64,000 bases of DNA from an uncultured bacterium (lineage in GTDB: Bacteria > Patescibacteriota > Minisyncoccia > Phycocordibacterales > UBA918), in assembly GCA_965652925.1 (NCBI GenBank), contig CBFGXL010000003.1, positions 9 to 64,008 of the forward strand, read 5' to 3'. Numbering within the stretch: position 1 is the stretch's first letter; every line of letters begins with the position of its first letter. A program made the translations under genes and the position numbers. Shown here piece after piece: positions 9,677-17,306 of the stretch. Under the pieces are notes generated by a model. The model saw only the letters and a program-made list of their open reading frames with translations, had not been told where the DNA came from and searched no databases.

Positions 9677-10364
9677 ACCCTCGGCTTTTCGGATCCTTCA
9701 TCAAGTTGGGGATGACGCATATAAGCCCCGCCCGCAAAGACTCCGTGCTGAACCTCAAAAGAGAGTCCGGCCGGCGGAGCTTCGGCAGATCAAGCACCGG
9801 TTGTGGGGCAGATGCTTCCCATGTTGTTGTCTGGTGGAGGAGTTTCATGCTCTCATGGGCATACCAGAGTGCAATATCCTCTTCTTTGTAGGGAAGTGTG
9901 CCGCCATTCTCTCTCTCAACCGTGCGTAGATAACGGTCGAGATTGACCAACCGCGGAGCTCCGATGAAGTATACCATTTCTCGTTTTTGGAGCAGTATCC
10001 GCAATTCTTTGTTGAGTGCAGCTCCTGCTTCCGATGAACGTTGGACCACATTCACGGCATAGACGGTTTTTGCTGATGGATCATGAGTATGGATACTCCA
10101 CCCATGTCCTGTCTGTGCTTCAGGCGCGGTGTGTTTACTGATCTCATCGAAGGAGAAATGCACTTGAATTGCATAATAGAAGCCGTCGAGGCGCCCTCCT
10201 TTCTCGGCTACGAGGAAAAAGGGAGAATGAACGTCGTACCACTCTTTGAGAGTGGCGTAAGTGAGGATCTCGGTGCCTTCACGTTCCCATCGGGCCTGTT
10301 CGATCTCAACGAGAGTTGGCAAATCTTCTTCTCTGACATTTCGGACTGTGTAGCAGTCGAACAT
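9639..10364 (-). CDS. Hypothetical protein, weak GNAT-acyltransferase-like N-terminal half
   Basis: N-terminus VRNVREEDLPTLVEIE and FFLVAEKGGRLDGFYYAIQV resemble the GNAT beta-strand core, and RSSEAGAAL is a possible motif A. The C-terminal 100 aa are unassigned. Sits in an operon between the decarboxylase and the kinase. Confidence 0.3.
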   Translation of the reverse strand: MFDCYTVRNVREEDLPTLVEIEQARWEREGTEILTYATLKEWYDVHSPFFLVAEKGGRLDGFYYAIQVHFSFDEISKHTAPEAQTGHGWSIHTHDPSAKTVYAVNVVQRSSEAGAALNKELRILLQKREMVYFIGAPRLVNLDRYLRTVERENGGTLPYKEEDIALWYAHESMKLLHQTTTWEASAPQPVLDLPKLRRPDSLLRFSTESLRAGLICVIPNLMKDPKSRGYGAFLASDFSTI

Positions 10365-10404
10365 TGTTTCTTTCTCCTATGTAAGGAACTCGTCTCTGCA
10401 TGCC

Positions 10405-10827
10405 CTAGACGTATGTCCGGGCATTCTTTTGTAGAGATGAGAGTGAGGTGTTGTGAAATCGCTTTCCTCTGATAAGTAGATTCGTTTCAAAAGCTTGGAT
10501 ATTGAATACTTCACTTATGAGTTTTGTGGTTTTTTGAGCGTCGAAGGTTTTGCAGGAATACACATCCGCAGTGACAAACCCCCGTTCTTCATAGGTGTGG
10601 ATACTGATGTGTGATTCCATGATAAAGACGAATCCTGAAAGGCCGCGTATTCCTGGCTCATCAACTTTAATGATGTGAGGGAAACCAACTCTGCGCATAC
10701 CAATGTGCGCCGGGAGTTCCATGAGCAATTTGTACAGATTATCGACGCTCCCGCAGAGTTTTGCATTCGCTGCGTATCCGTCGAGTGTCAGCTGCAGCCC
10801 GTAGGCTGTATTTTTCTCTTTTTCCAT
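10405..10827 (-). CDS. Pyruvoyl-dependent S-adenosylmethionine-decarboxylase-fold proenzyme (SpeH/SpeD class 1-like) with deviant motif
   Basis: Small (about 140 aa) AdoMetDC-like protein with self-cleavage and pyruvoyl-forming motif FIMESHISIHTYEE; the canonical form is ..ESH(L/I)..HTWPE. Start set at the internal ATG (MEKEKN), 1 nt after the stop of the upstream methyltransferase. Confidence 0.7.
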   Translation of the reverse strand: MEKEKNTAYGLQLTLDGYAANAKLCGSVDNLYKLLMELPAHIGMRRVGFPHIIKVDEPGIRGLSGFVFIMESHISIHTYEERGFVTADVYSCKTFDAQKTTKLISEVFNIQAFETNLLIRGKRFHNTSLSSLQKNARTYV

Positions 10828-10828
10828 A

Positions 10829-11572
10829 TTACTTCGTGATGATAGGAGCAACGATCGTGTTGCTCTTCCAATACTGGCAATTCTCAGGGGGAACCACCGG
10901 ACAGATACTGAGGTCGATATGTCTAAACCCAGCCTGCTTCAATTTGTGCATATGTGCATCAGAAAAAGAATCTATCTCATCTGAGTAGTAGGTGAGCACC
11001 CCGCCATCTTTGAGCATGCGGAAGGCTTCTTCAAAGAATGTAAAGTGGTTTTGGTGGATCTCATCCTCGCTTAAGGGGTAGGTGTCAAATAATATCCCTG
11101 AGATGCTTCCGTCAGGGATAACTTTGGCAATGTCCTGCCAGAATCCGTATAGGGGAATAATCGGGTGAGCACTTTCCTGTGCAAAAGTCACGAGAGTATC
11201 GAATACATCATTATTGGCCTCGATAATGTAGTGTGAATCAATAGCGTGCGATTGAATATATTGCGCTGAGATACCCATGCCAAAGCCTACTTCAAGCACT
11301 GTTCCTCCTTGTGAAGCGGCGATTCTCGCGAGCTCTTGCATGTATGGGTCTTCCCAGCGTTCCATAACTGGATGTCCCTGTATCACCAATTCATCTTGCG
11401 TAAGCGTTGCTTTTTCCTGCTTCCACATGTGGTAATCCGATAAGAAACCGATATCACGTCGTGACTGATACGTAACCTCACGTATGTCATCAAATTTTTT
11501 GTTTTGGATCATCTTAAAAAAGTTATTGATTAACTTTTTTAGTCTACAAAACAGAGGATAAACTTCCCTCAA
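10829..11572 (-). CDS. GAMT/Rmt2-family (guanidinoacetate N-methyltransferase-like) SAM-dependent methyltransferase
   Basis: Core closely matches the remembered GAMT sequence: HPVMERWEDPYM, VLEVGFGMGI, IIEANNDVF, IIPLYGFWQD, LPDGSISGILFDTYPLSED, GGVLTYYSD. The true start may be the internal M (MIQNKK). Confidence 0.75.
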   Translation of the reverse strand: MREVYPLFCRLKKLINNFFKMIQNKKFDDIREVTYQSRRDIGFLSDYHMWKQEKATLTQDELVIQGHPVMERWEDPYMQELARIAASQGGTVLEVGFGMGISAQYIQSHAIDSHYIIEANNDVFDTLVTFAQESAHPIIPLYGFWQDIAKVIPDGSISGILFDTYPLSEDEIHQNHFTFFEEAFRMLKDGGVLTYYSDEIDSFSDAHMHKLKQAGFRHIDLSICPVVPPENCQYWKSNTIVAPIITK

Positions 11573-11622
11573 AGAAAAATTAAATTTTATTTCACAAAAA
11601 AATAAACTGTACAGCGTGCAGC

Positions 11623-12294
11623 TTATGAGTGGTCAAATCTATACCCAATCCCCGGTACTGTCTGTATAAGGCGTGCATGGCGTTCTGAATCAAGCTTTCG
11701 GCGGAGTGTCATGATATGCGTTTCTATTGTGTTTGAAAAAGGATCGGCGTTCATGTCCCATACATGCTCCAGTATCATGCCGCGTGAAAGAACCGTGCCG
11801 CGATTTCTCATGAGATACTCAAGGAGTAGGAATTCTTTGCGTGTGAGATATACCTCTTGTCCATTTTTCTTCACAATATGTCGTTTGCAGTCGAGTTCAA
11901 GATCTCCAATTTCAAGAATGTCTGACTGGAGTTCTTTCGGGCGGCGCAAGAGTGCTCGAATGCGCGCAAGAAGCTCTTCAAATGAAAACGGTTTTGTGAG
12001 GTAATCGTCAGCACCGGCATTGAGGAATCCTATCTTATTTACGGTTTCTGATTTAACAGAAAGTCCAATTATCGGCGTTTTAATGTTGCGTGTTCTGAGT
12101 TCTTTGCATATATCAAGTCCTGTATTGCGAGGCAACATGAAGTCTAGAATGATCACGTCGTAATCATTGGTCGTACCCAAATATACTCCTTCTTCACCAT
12201 CAAATGTTGTGTCGACAACAAAATATTCTGATTCCAAACTGATCTTCAGAAATTCATTAATTTTTGGGTCGTCTTCAACTACAAGGATGCGCAT
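11623..12294 (-). CDS. OmpR/PhoB-family response regulator (REC plus winged-helix DNA-binding domain)
   Basis: REC domain MRILVVEDDP..D..ILDFMLP..GL..K..PIIGLS; Trans_reg_C region LTRKEFLLLEYLMRN.G.VLSR..I...VW with ending GIGYRF. First gene of the minus-strand operon. Confidence 0.9.
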   Translation of the reverse strand: MRILVVEDDPKINEFLKISLESEYFVVDTTFDGEEGVYLGTTNDYDVIILDFMLPRNTGLDICKELRTRNIKTPIIGLSVKSETVNKIGFLNAGADDYLTKPFSFEELLARIRALLRRPKELQSDILEIGDLELDCKRHIVKKNGQEVYLTRKEFLLLEYLMRNRGTVLSRGMILEHVWDMNADPFSNTIETHIMTLRRKLDSERHARLIQTVPGIGYRFDHS

Positions 12295-12482
12295 ATGAGC
12301 TACAGGGACAGTGGTATTGAGAATATATCTTTTTAGTACAAATACTTGATAAATATTTTATCTTAAATTTGCAATCATGTATATGCAAGTTCATTAGCAT
12401 ACAGATGAGTTTACTTATCTACTGCACAAGATATGTATACGCACTGTGCTCAAGATATACTGAAGATATCTGAGGTGTGTGA

Positions 12483-13658
12483 ATGATCTCTGCAATCAGT
12501 AATTTATATATTGTTATGCATATTGAGCAGAAACTTTGGACACAGCGCGATGGATGGCAAAGCAAAAGTGAGCCTCTCCAGCACACCCCACAGCTCGTGT
12601 TTGTATTTGGCGGCAGAGCAGAGGTCCAAAAGCAGGAGTATTTTGCTGAGATAAAAAAAATGTATCCCGACTCGAACATTCTCACCTGTTCTACTTCGGG
12701 TGAAATTCTGGGAACACGTGTCTATGACCACTCTTTGTGCGTTACTGCAATTCACTTTGAAAAAACAAAAGTGTCGTTTGCTCAGACAACTATTGCAAGT
12801 ACTGATGAAAGTGAAGCGAAGGGGAAGATACTTGCTGAATCTCTACCGCATGACGATCTCGCTCATGTGCTGGTCTTTTCTGATGGGCTTATAGTAAATG
12901 GCACTGCGTTAGTTGATGGTCTGACAGCTGCACTGCCAAGCACTATTTCTGTTACTGGCGGGTTGGTGGGGGATGGAGCTGATTTTAAACATACTGTTGC
13001 GGGGCTCAATGAAGCTCCCAAGGAAAATAACATTATTCTCATTGGATTGTATGGAACCGACATTAACGTTGGGTACGGATCGCTCGGAGGATGGGATACC
13101 TTCGGTCCCGATCGAACTATTACTCGTTCAAAAGGAAATGTGCTCTATGAGCTCGATGAACAACCTGCGCTTGAGCTTTACAAGGAATATTTAGGTGAAC
13201 TTGCTTCAGAGCTTCCTGGGTCAGGACTCTTGTTCCCGATGCGATTGCAGTACATTTCTAAAAATGGAGAAGTCGAGGTGGTTCGTACGCTTTTGGGTAT
13301 AAATGAAGAAGATCAAAGCATGACTTTTGCCGGTGATATGCCGGAGGGGGTTACAGCTACCCTTATGCGGGCAAACTTCGAACGATTAGTTGATGGAGCA
13401 CAAGGGGCAGCGAAGATGAGTATTGAAAACAGTGGAAAAGAGGTTGAATTCGCTTTACTTATCAGTTGTGTGGGAAGGAAGCTGGTTCTTAAAGAACGAA
13501 TTGAAGAGGAGACTGAAGCAGTCCAGTCGGTTGTCGGGGAAAAAACAGTGATGGCAGGATTCTATTCGTATGGAGAGATCTGCCCTATTGCACCAACAGA
13601 AAAACAATGCCGTTTGCACAATCAGACCATGACCATAACAACGTTGAGCGAAAAGTAA
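12483..13658 (+). CDS. FIST-domain sensor protein (FIST_N plus FIST_C)
   Basis: Pattern LVFVFGG...ILTCSTSGEI and GGLVGDG..F.HT..G matches the FIST N/C architecture of cytoplasmic small-ligand sensors. First gene of the plus-strand signalling operon. Confidence 0.65.
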   Translation: MISAISNLYIVMHIEQKLWTQRDGWQSKSEPLQHTPQLVFVFGGRAEVQKQEYFAEIKKMYPDSNILTCSTSGEILGTRVYDHSLCVTAIHFEKTKVSFAQTTIASTDESEAKGKILAESLPHDDLAHVLVFSDGLIVNGTALVDGLTAALPSTISVTGGLVGDGADFKHTVAGLNEAPKENNIILIGLYGTDINVGYGSLGGWDTFGPDRTITRSKGNVLYELDEQPALELYKEYLGELASELPGSGLLFPMRLQYISKNGEVEVVRTLLGINEEDQSMTFAGDMPEGVTATLMRANFERLVDGAQGAAKMSIENSGKEVEFALLISCVGRKLVLKERIEEETEAVQSVVGEKTVMAGFYSYGEICPIAPTEKQCRLHNQTMTITTLSEK

Positions 13659-13659
13659 C

Positions 13660-14322
13660 ATGCATAGGACCCTGGTTCGACAACTCGATAAGTATGCTGA
13701 CCTCACTCCAGAGAGTGTTGTGTCTCCATGGAAAGAGTTGCTGTCTGCGGTCAGTACTACCTATGATGATTTTGACCGGGATAAACAGCTTATTGAGCGT
13801 TCGCTTGAAATAAGCTCACACGAACTGCGTCGCCTCATTTCCACACTGCAGGCGACACTTGATGCCACCAATGAAGGTATTCTTGTTATGGATGACAAAG
13901 GAAGGATGGCTAATCACAATAAAAGATTTACAGAGATTTGGAGCATCCCTGATGACATCATGAACACCCATGATGCAACAAAGGCACTTGAGTATGCTAT
14001 GCAGCTTGTACTCAATCCGGTGCCGTTCCGCGAGAGTGTGGAAGAAGCACTGAATAAAAACGATAAAGAGACTGTGTATGTTGTACACTTTAAGGATGGG
14101 AGAGTAATAGAACTTCGATCCAAGCCACACTTTCTTGACGGGGAGAGTGCGGGTACGATCTGGAGTTCTCGTGACATCACCCAGAGTGTTAAGGCTGAAG
14201 AAGATCTGAAAGCAAAGCTCGCAGCTCTTGAATTACTTAACAAGTCGATGGTTGATCGAGAGTTAAAGATGATTGAGCTCAAGAAGAAGATCGCAGAATT
14301 GTCGAAGGACAATACCTTATGA
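13660..14322 (+). CDS. Kinase-less cytoplasmic PAS-domain transducer with conserved C-terminal RELKMIELKKKI helix
   Basis: PAS-like core (LDATNEGILVMDDKGRMANHNKRFTEIWSIP...) then coiled coil ending MVDRELKMIELKKKIAELSKDNTL. The stop overlaps the start of the downstream kinase by 4 nt (ATGA). Confidence 0.65.
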   Translation: MHRTLVRQLDKYADLTPESVVSPWKELLSAVSTTYDDFDRDKQLIERSLEISSHELRRLISTLQATLDATNEGILVMDDKGRMANHNKRFTEIWSIPDDIMNTHDATKALEYAMQLVLNPVPFRESVEEALNKNDKETVYVVHFKDGRVIELRSKPHFLDGESAGTIWSSRDITQSVKAEEDLKAKLAALELLNKSMVDRELKMIELKKKIAELSKDNTL

Positions 14323-16469
14323 AAAAAAGCGAACGTTTTACATACGGAATACAACTGAAGTTTATCCTCTTCAGGTTGTTTAATACTCTCATTATCATCC
14401 TGCTTGGAGCATTCTGTATCTACATGATCACAGATGCAGGGAAGAGTTCTTCGAGTGTTGTGGAGAACAGATTGCCAAAGCTCGATGCCGTCCAAGAAAT
14501 ATACTCAGCTGTTTTCTCTTCAGGTCTATATGGTGCTGCTGTACTTAATGATCAGGACAGACTCGGTGGAGAAGATCAGTACACGCGTGAGCTTGAGGAA
14601 AGTTTCAAGAGGGCACATCTATATTTAGACGCGCTCATCTATGGCACAGAGACCGAAACATTTGAAAAATTGCACGGACGGGATATGAATGATCTGGGTA
14701 TTGAATCACTCAGTATAGTAAATCCTTCAGAAGAGCTGGTTGAATCTGTGACAGAAGTGAAGATGGAAGTCGAAAAATTCGAAGAGTCACTGCGCACTGC
14801 AATAACTGCTCGTGAGGCTTCTACGGCGGATGCGTCAGAGGCAACTACGAGTGCTCTGCTGCAGCAGGATACCTACGAATTGCAACGTGTTGCCTTTACC
14901 TCACATACCGACAGCATCGCTCAGGCTCTCGATGAAGTGCAGACCTTGCTTGATACGCAGATTAATACAGGGATCGAACAAGTAAATGAAAACAATAAAA
15001 CCAGGGTAGTTCTTGTTTTTCTTGTCGTGCTATTGGCAGCAACTGTAGCGCTCTTTGGAGGGCTTTTATTCTCTAACCATGTAATACTCGGACCGTTACG
15101 CTCACTCACACAAACAGCAGAGGAGATGGCTGAAGGGAAACTTTCACGCCGAGTGAAAATCACATCCAAGGATGAAATTGGAAAACTTGGTTATACATTC
15201 AATAAACTCGCAAGCAGACTTCAGTCATCGTATGACGATCTGGAGAAGATAGTTAAAGATAAGACCGATGCTCTCTCTTCGGTACTTCAGCAGTTTGAAT
15301 CGAAAAATGACGACCTTGAAAAGTCGCAGATGGCAACCATCAACCTTTTGGAAGATCTTGAGGAGGAGAAACGTGCTGTTGAGCAAAGAGTCAAGGACAG
15401 AACTGAAGAGCTTGAGCGTGAAAAAAATAAACTTCTCCAAGTGACGAGCAACATGAAAGGAGGAGGTATCCTTCTTGATAAGGAAGGCAATGTTGTATTC
15501 ACTAATGAAGCAACATTTAAAATGCTCGACATAAAAGAGGGAGTAAGTTCCAAAGAGATTCTTGAGCATTTTCTTTCTTACTTTGATGAGTCTTCTATCC
15601 GACAGTACTTCAAGCGATGCATCGCGGGGGAAACTTTTCATGTGGAAGAGATCAGCGGCCATGGCAGGGTGTACGAGATGTTCTTCCATTATTTGAAGAA
15701 TGATGAAGTGAAAGGATCAGAAGGCTACTTTATCTTGTTCTTCGATATAACTGACGCGAAGCTCCTCGAACGCTCAAAAAGCGAACTGGTTGCTGTTGCA
15801 TCACATCAGTTACGTACACCACTTACCGCTATGCGCGGAAACGTAGAAATGCTTATTGACGAAAGTTTTGGAAAGCTTAACAAAGAACAGCATGAGCTTC
15901 TTGATGATGTTGAGGTTTCGACCATACGTCTCATTACTATGGTCAATGAGATGCTTGATATAACAAAGATAGAAAAAGGTGATCTGGAGATGCAGATTGA
16001 GGAACTTAACCTCAAAGAGATTGTCGACTCTGTCATTGATGACCTTAGTTCTTATGCGAAACGGCACGAGTTCGACATTGACCGGAGCGATCTTTCTGCC
16101 AACGTCATGATTGCAGGAGACAAAGTGCGAGTACGGCAGATCTTCCAGAACCTTATTGATAACGCCATCAAATACAGCAATCATCCCGGTCTGCTCCGCA
16201 TATCAACCAATGTACAATCTGATATGGTTGAGATCGTTTTCAAAGACAATGGCATTGGTGTTCCTAAAAATGAACAGCCGAAGCTCTTTGAACGATTTTA
16301 TCGGGCTTCAAACACGGCAAAGACTGCAAGTAGCGGTTCAGGTTTAGGACTCTATATTGTAAAATCAATTGCACGACAGCTTGGTGGAGACATCCGTTTC
16401 GAATCTGAAGAGGGAATAGGGACAACCTTCTTTGTTACCTTGCCATTGTTTGCTAAACATAAAGCATAG
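14319..16469 (+). CDS. Sensor histidine kinase (TM, periplasmic domain, TM, HAMP, coiled coil, PAS, HisKA, HATPase_c)
   Basis: HAMP PLRSLTQTAEEMAEGKLSRRVKITSKDEIGKLGYTFNKLA; H-box VASHQLRTPLTAMRG; N box NLIDNAIKYS; G boxes DNGIGV and GSGLGLYIVKSI. Confidence 0.9.
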   Translation: MKKSERFTYGIQLKFILFRLFNTLIIILLGAFCIYMITDAGKSSSSVVENRLPKLDAVQEIYSAVFSSGLYGAAVLNDQDRLGGEDQYTRELEESFKRAHLYLDALIYGTETETFEKLHGRDMNDLGIESLSIVNPSEELVESVTEVKMEVEKFEESLRTAITAREASTADASEATTSALLQQDTYELQRVAFTSHTDSIAQALDEVQTLLDTQINTGIEQVNENNKTRVVLVFLVVLLAATVALFGGLLFSNHVILGPLRSLTQTAEEMAEGKLSRRVKITSKDEIGKLGYTFNKLASRLQSSYDDLEKIVKDKTDALSSVLQQFESKNDDLEKSQMATINLLEDLEEEKRAVEQRVKDRTEELEREKNKLLQVTSNMKGGGILLDKEGNVVFTNEATFKMLDIKEGVSSKEILEHFLSYFDESSIRQYFKRCIAGETFHVEEISGHGRVYEMFFHYLKNDEVKGSEGYFILFFDITDAKLLERSKSELVAVASHQLRTPLTAMRGNVEMLIDESFGKLNKEQHELLDDVEVSTIRLITMVNEMLDITKIEKGDLEMQIEELNLKEIVDSVIDDLSSYAKRHEFDIDRSDLSANVMIAGDKVRVRQIFQNLIDNAIKYSNHPGLLRISTNVQSDMVEIVFKDNGIGVPKNEQPKLFERFYRASNTAKTASSGSGLGLYIVKSIARQLGGDIRFESEEGIGTTFFVTLPLFAKHKA

Positions 16470-16473
16470 TTGT

Positions 16474-16899
16474 ATGGAAAAAATCACAGAATCAAAGCCA
16501 TTGAAAGACAGGAAGATACTCATCGTTGAGGATGATCATTTTATTTCACGAATCTATGAAAAATGGCTCACTGCTGCTGGAGCTCATATTCTGATTGCGC
16601 ACGATGGTGTGCAAGGGCTGCGTACGCTTGACGAAGAAGAGGTCGATCTTGTGCTTCTTGATCTCGGTATGCCTGGACTTGATGGCTACCAGACGCTGCT
16701 GCAACTGCGCGAGCGTCCGAAGTTGAAGGAATTGCCAGTTATTATTCTCAGTAATACGACCATGAATGAGAATCGTGATGGCTTTGCAGATATAAAAAGG
16801 GCAGGGGTTAAGGATGTGCTCCGCAAATATGAGATATCGCTTACCGAGATAGTGAACTGTATCAGCGCATATTTCCCTAAAGAGTTAAAAACCCAATAA
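16474..16899 (+). CDS. Single-domain response regulator receiver (CheY-like)
   Basis: KILIVEDD..D, LVLLDLGMPGLDG and a conserved Lys region. No output domain. Start set at ATG (MEKITESK) just after the kinase stop. Confidence 0.85.
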   Translation: MEKITESKPLKDRKILIVEDDHFISRIYEKWLTAAGAHILIAHDGVQGLRTLDEEEVDLVLLDLGMPGLDGYQTLLQLRERPKLKELPVIILSNTTMNENRDGFADIKRAGVKDVLRKYEISLTEIVNCISAYFPKELKTQ

Positions 16900-16908
16900 A
16901 TTTATTCT

Positions 16909-17301
16909 ATGAGTACACCACACAAAATATTATTGGGGGAAGATGAAGAGTTTGTTGCTCGTTCTTACATCCGGAAACTCCAGGTAGAGGGCTATGAAGT
17001 TGTGCACGCGCACAATGGAGAAGAGGCCCTTAAACTTATGGAGGTTGAGAAACCGGACCTAGTTATACTTGATCTCATGATGCCGGTGAAAACTGGGTTT
17101 GAGGTTCTGCAAGAAATAAAATCAGGAACAAATGAAGCGCTGAAAAAGCTGCCGATTATTGTAGCATCTAATCTTGGTCAGAAAACAGATATTGATACCG
17201 CACGTTCGCTCGGTGCAATTGATTTCCTCATTAAATCAAACATATCGCTGAAGGAGCTTGTGGCAAAAGTGCAGGAGCATCTACCTGCGCAAAAAAAGTA
17301 G
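16909..17301 (+). CDS. Single-domain response regulator receiver (CheY-like), second copy
   Basis: KILLGEDEEF, LVILDLMMPVKTG, PIIVASNLG. No output domain. Immediately upstream of pilB. Confidence 0.85.
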   Translation: MSTPHKILLGEDEEFVARSYIRKLQVEGYEVVHAHNGEEALKLMEVEKPDLVILDLMMPVKTGFEVLQEIKSGTNEALKKLPIIVASNLGQKTDIDTARSLGAIDFLIKSNISLKELVAKVQEHLPAQKK

Positions 17302-17306
17302 TCGTC

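Noticed and set aside
12295-12482. Specific promoter or operator sites in the AT-rich divergent region between the OmpR-type regulator gene and the FIST operon
   Set aside because: Several TATAAT-like hexamers are present, but none can be paired confidently with a -35 element in this lineage, so no individual promoter is reported.
4360-14292. Possibility that the shared RELKMIELKK-encoding segments are a dispersed DNA repeat or recombination site
   Set aside because: The three nucleotide sequences use different synonymous codons (e.g. gagttaaagatgattgagctcaagaag versus gagttgaaaatgatcgagcttaaagaa), so conservation is at the amino-acid level.
16432-16473. N-terminal extension of the first REC protein overlapping the kinase 3' end (MLPCHCLLNIKHSC)
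   Set aside because: Cys/His-rich, overlaps the kinase coding sequence, and the receiver-domain alignment starts at MEKITESK. The feature was trimmed to 16474.
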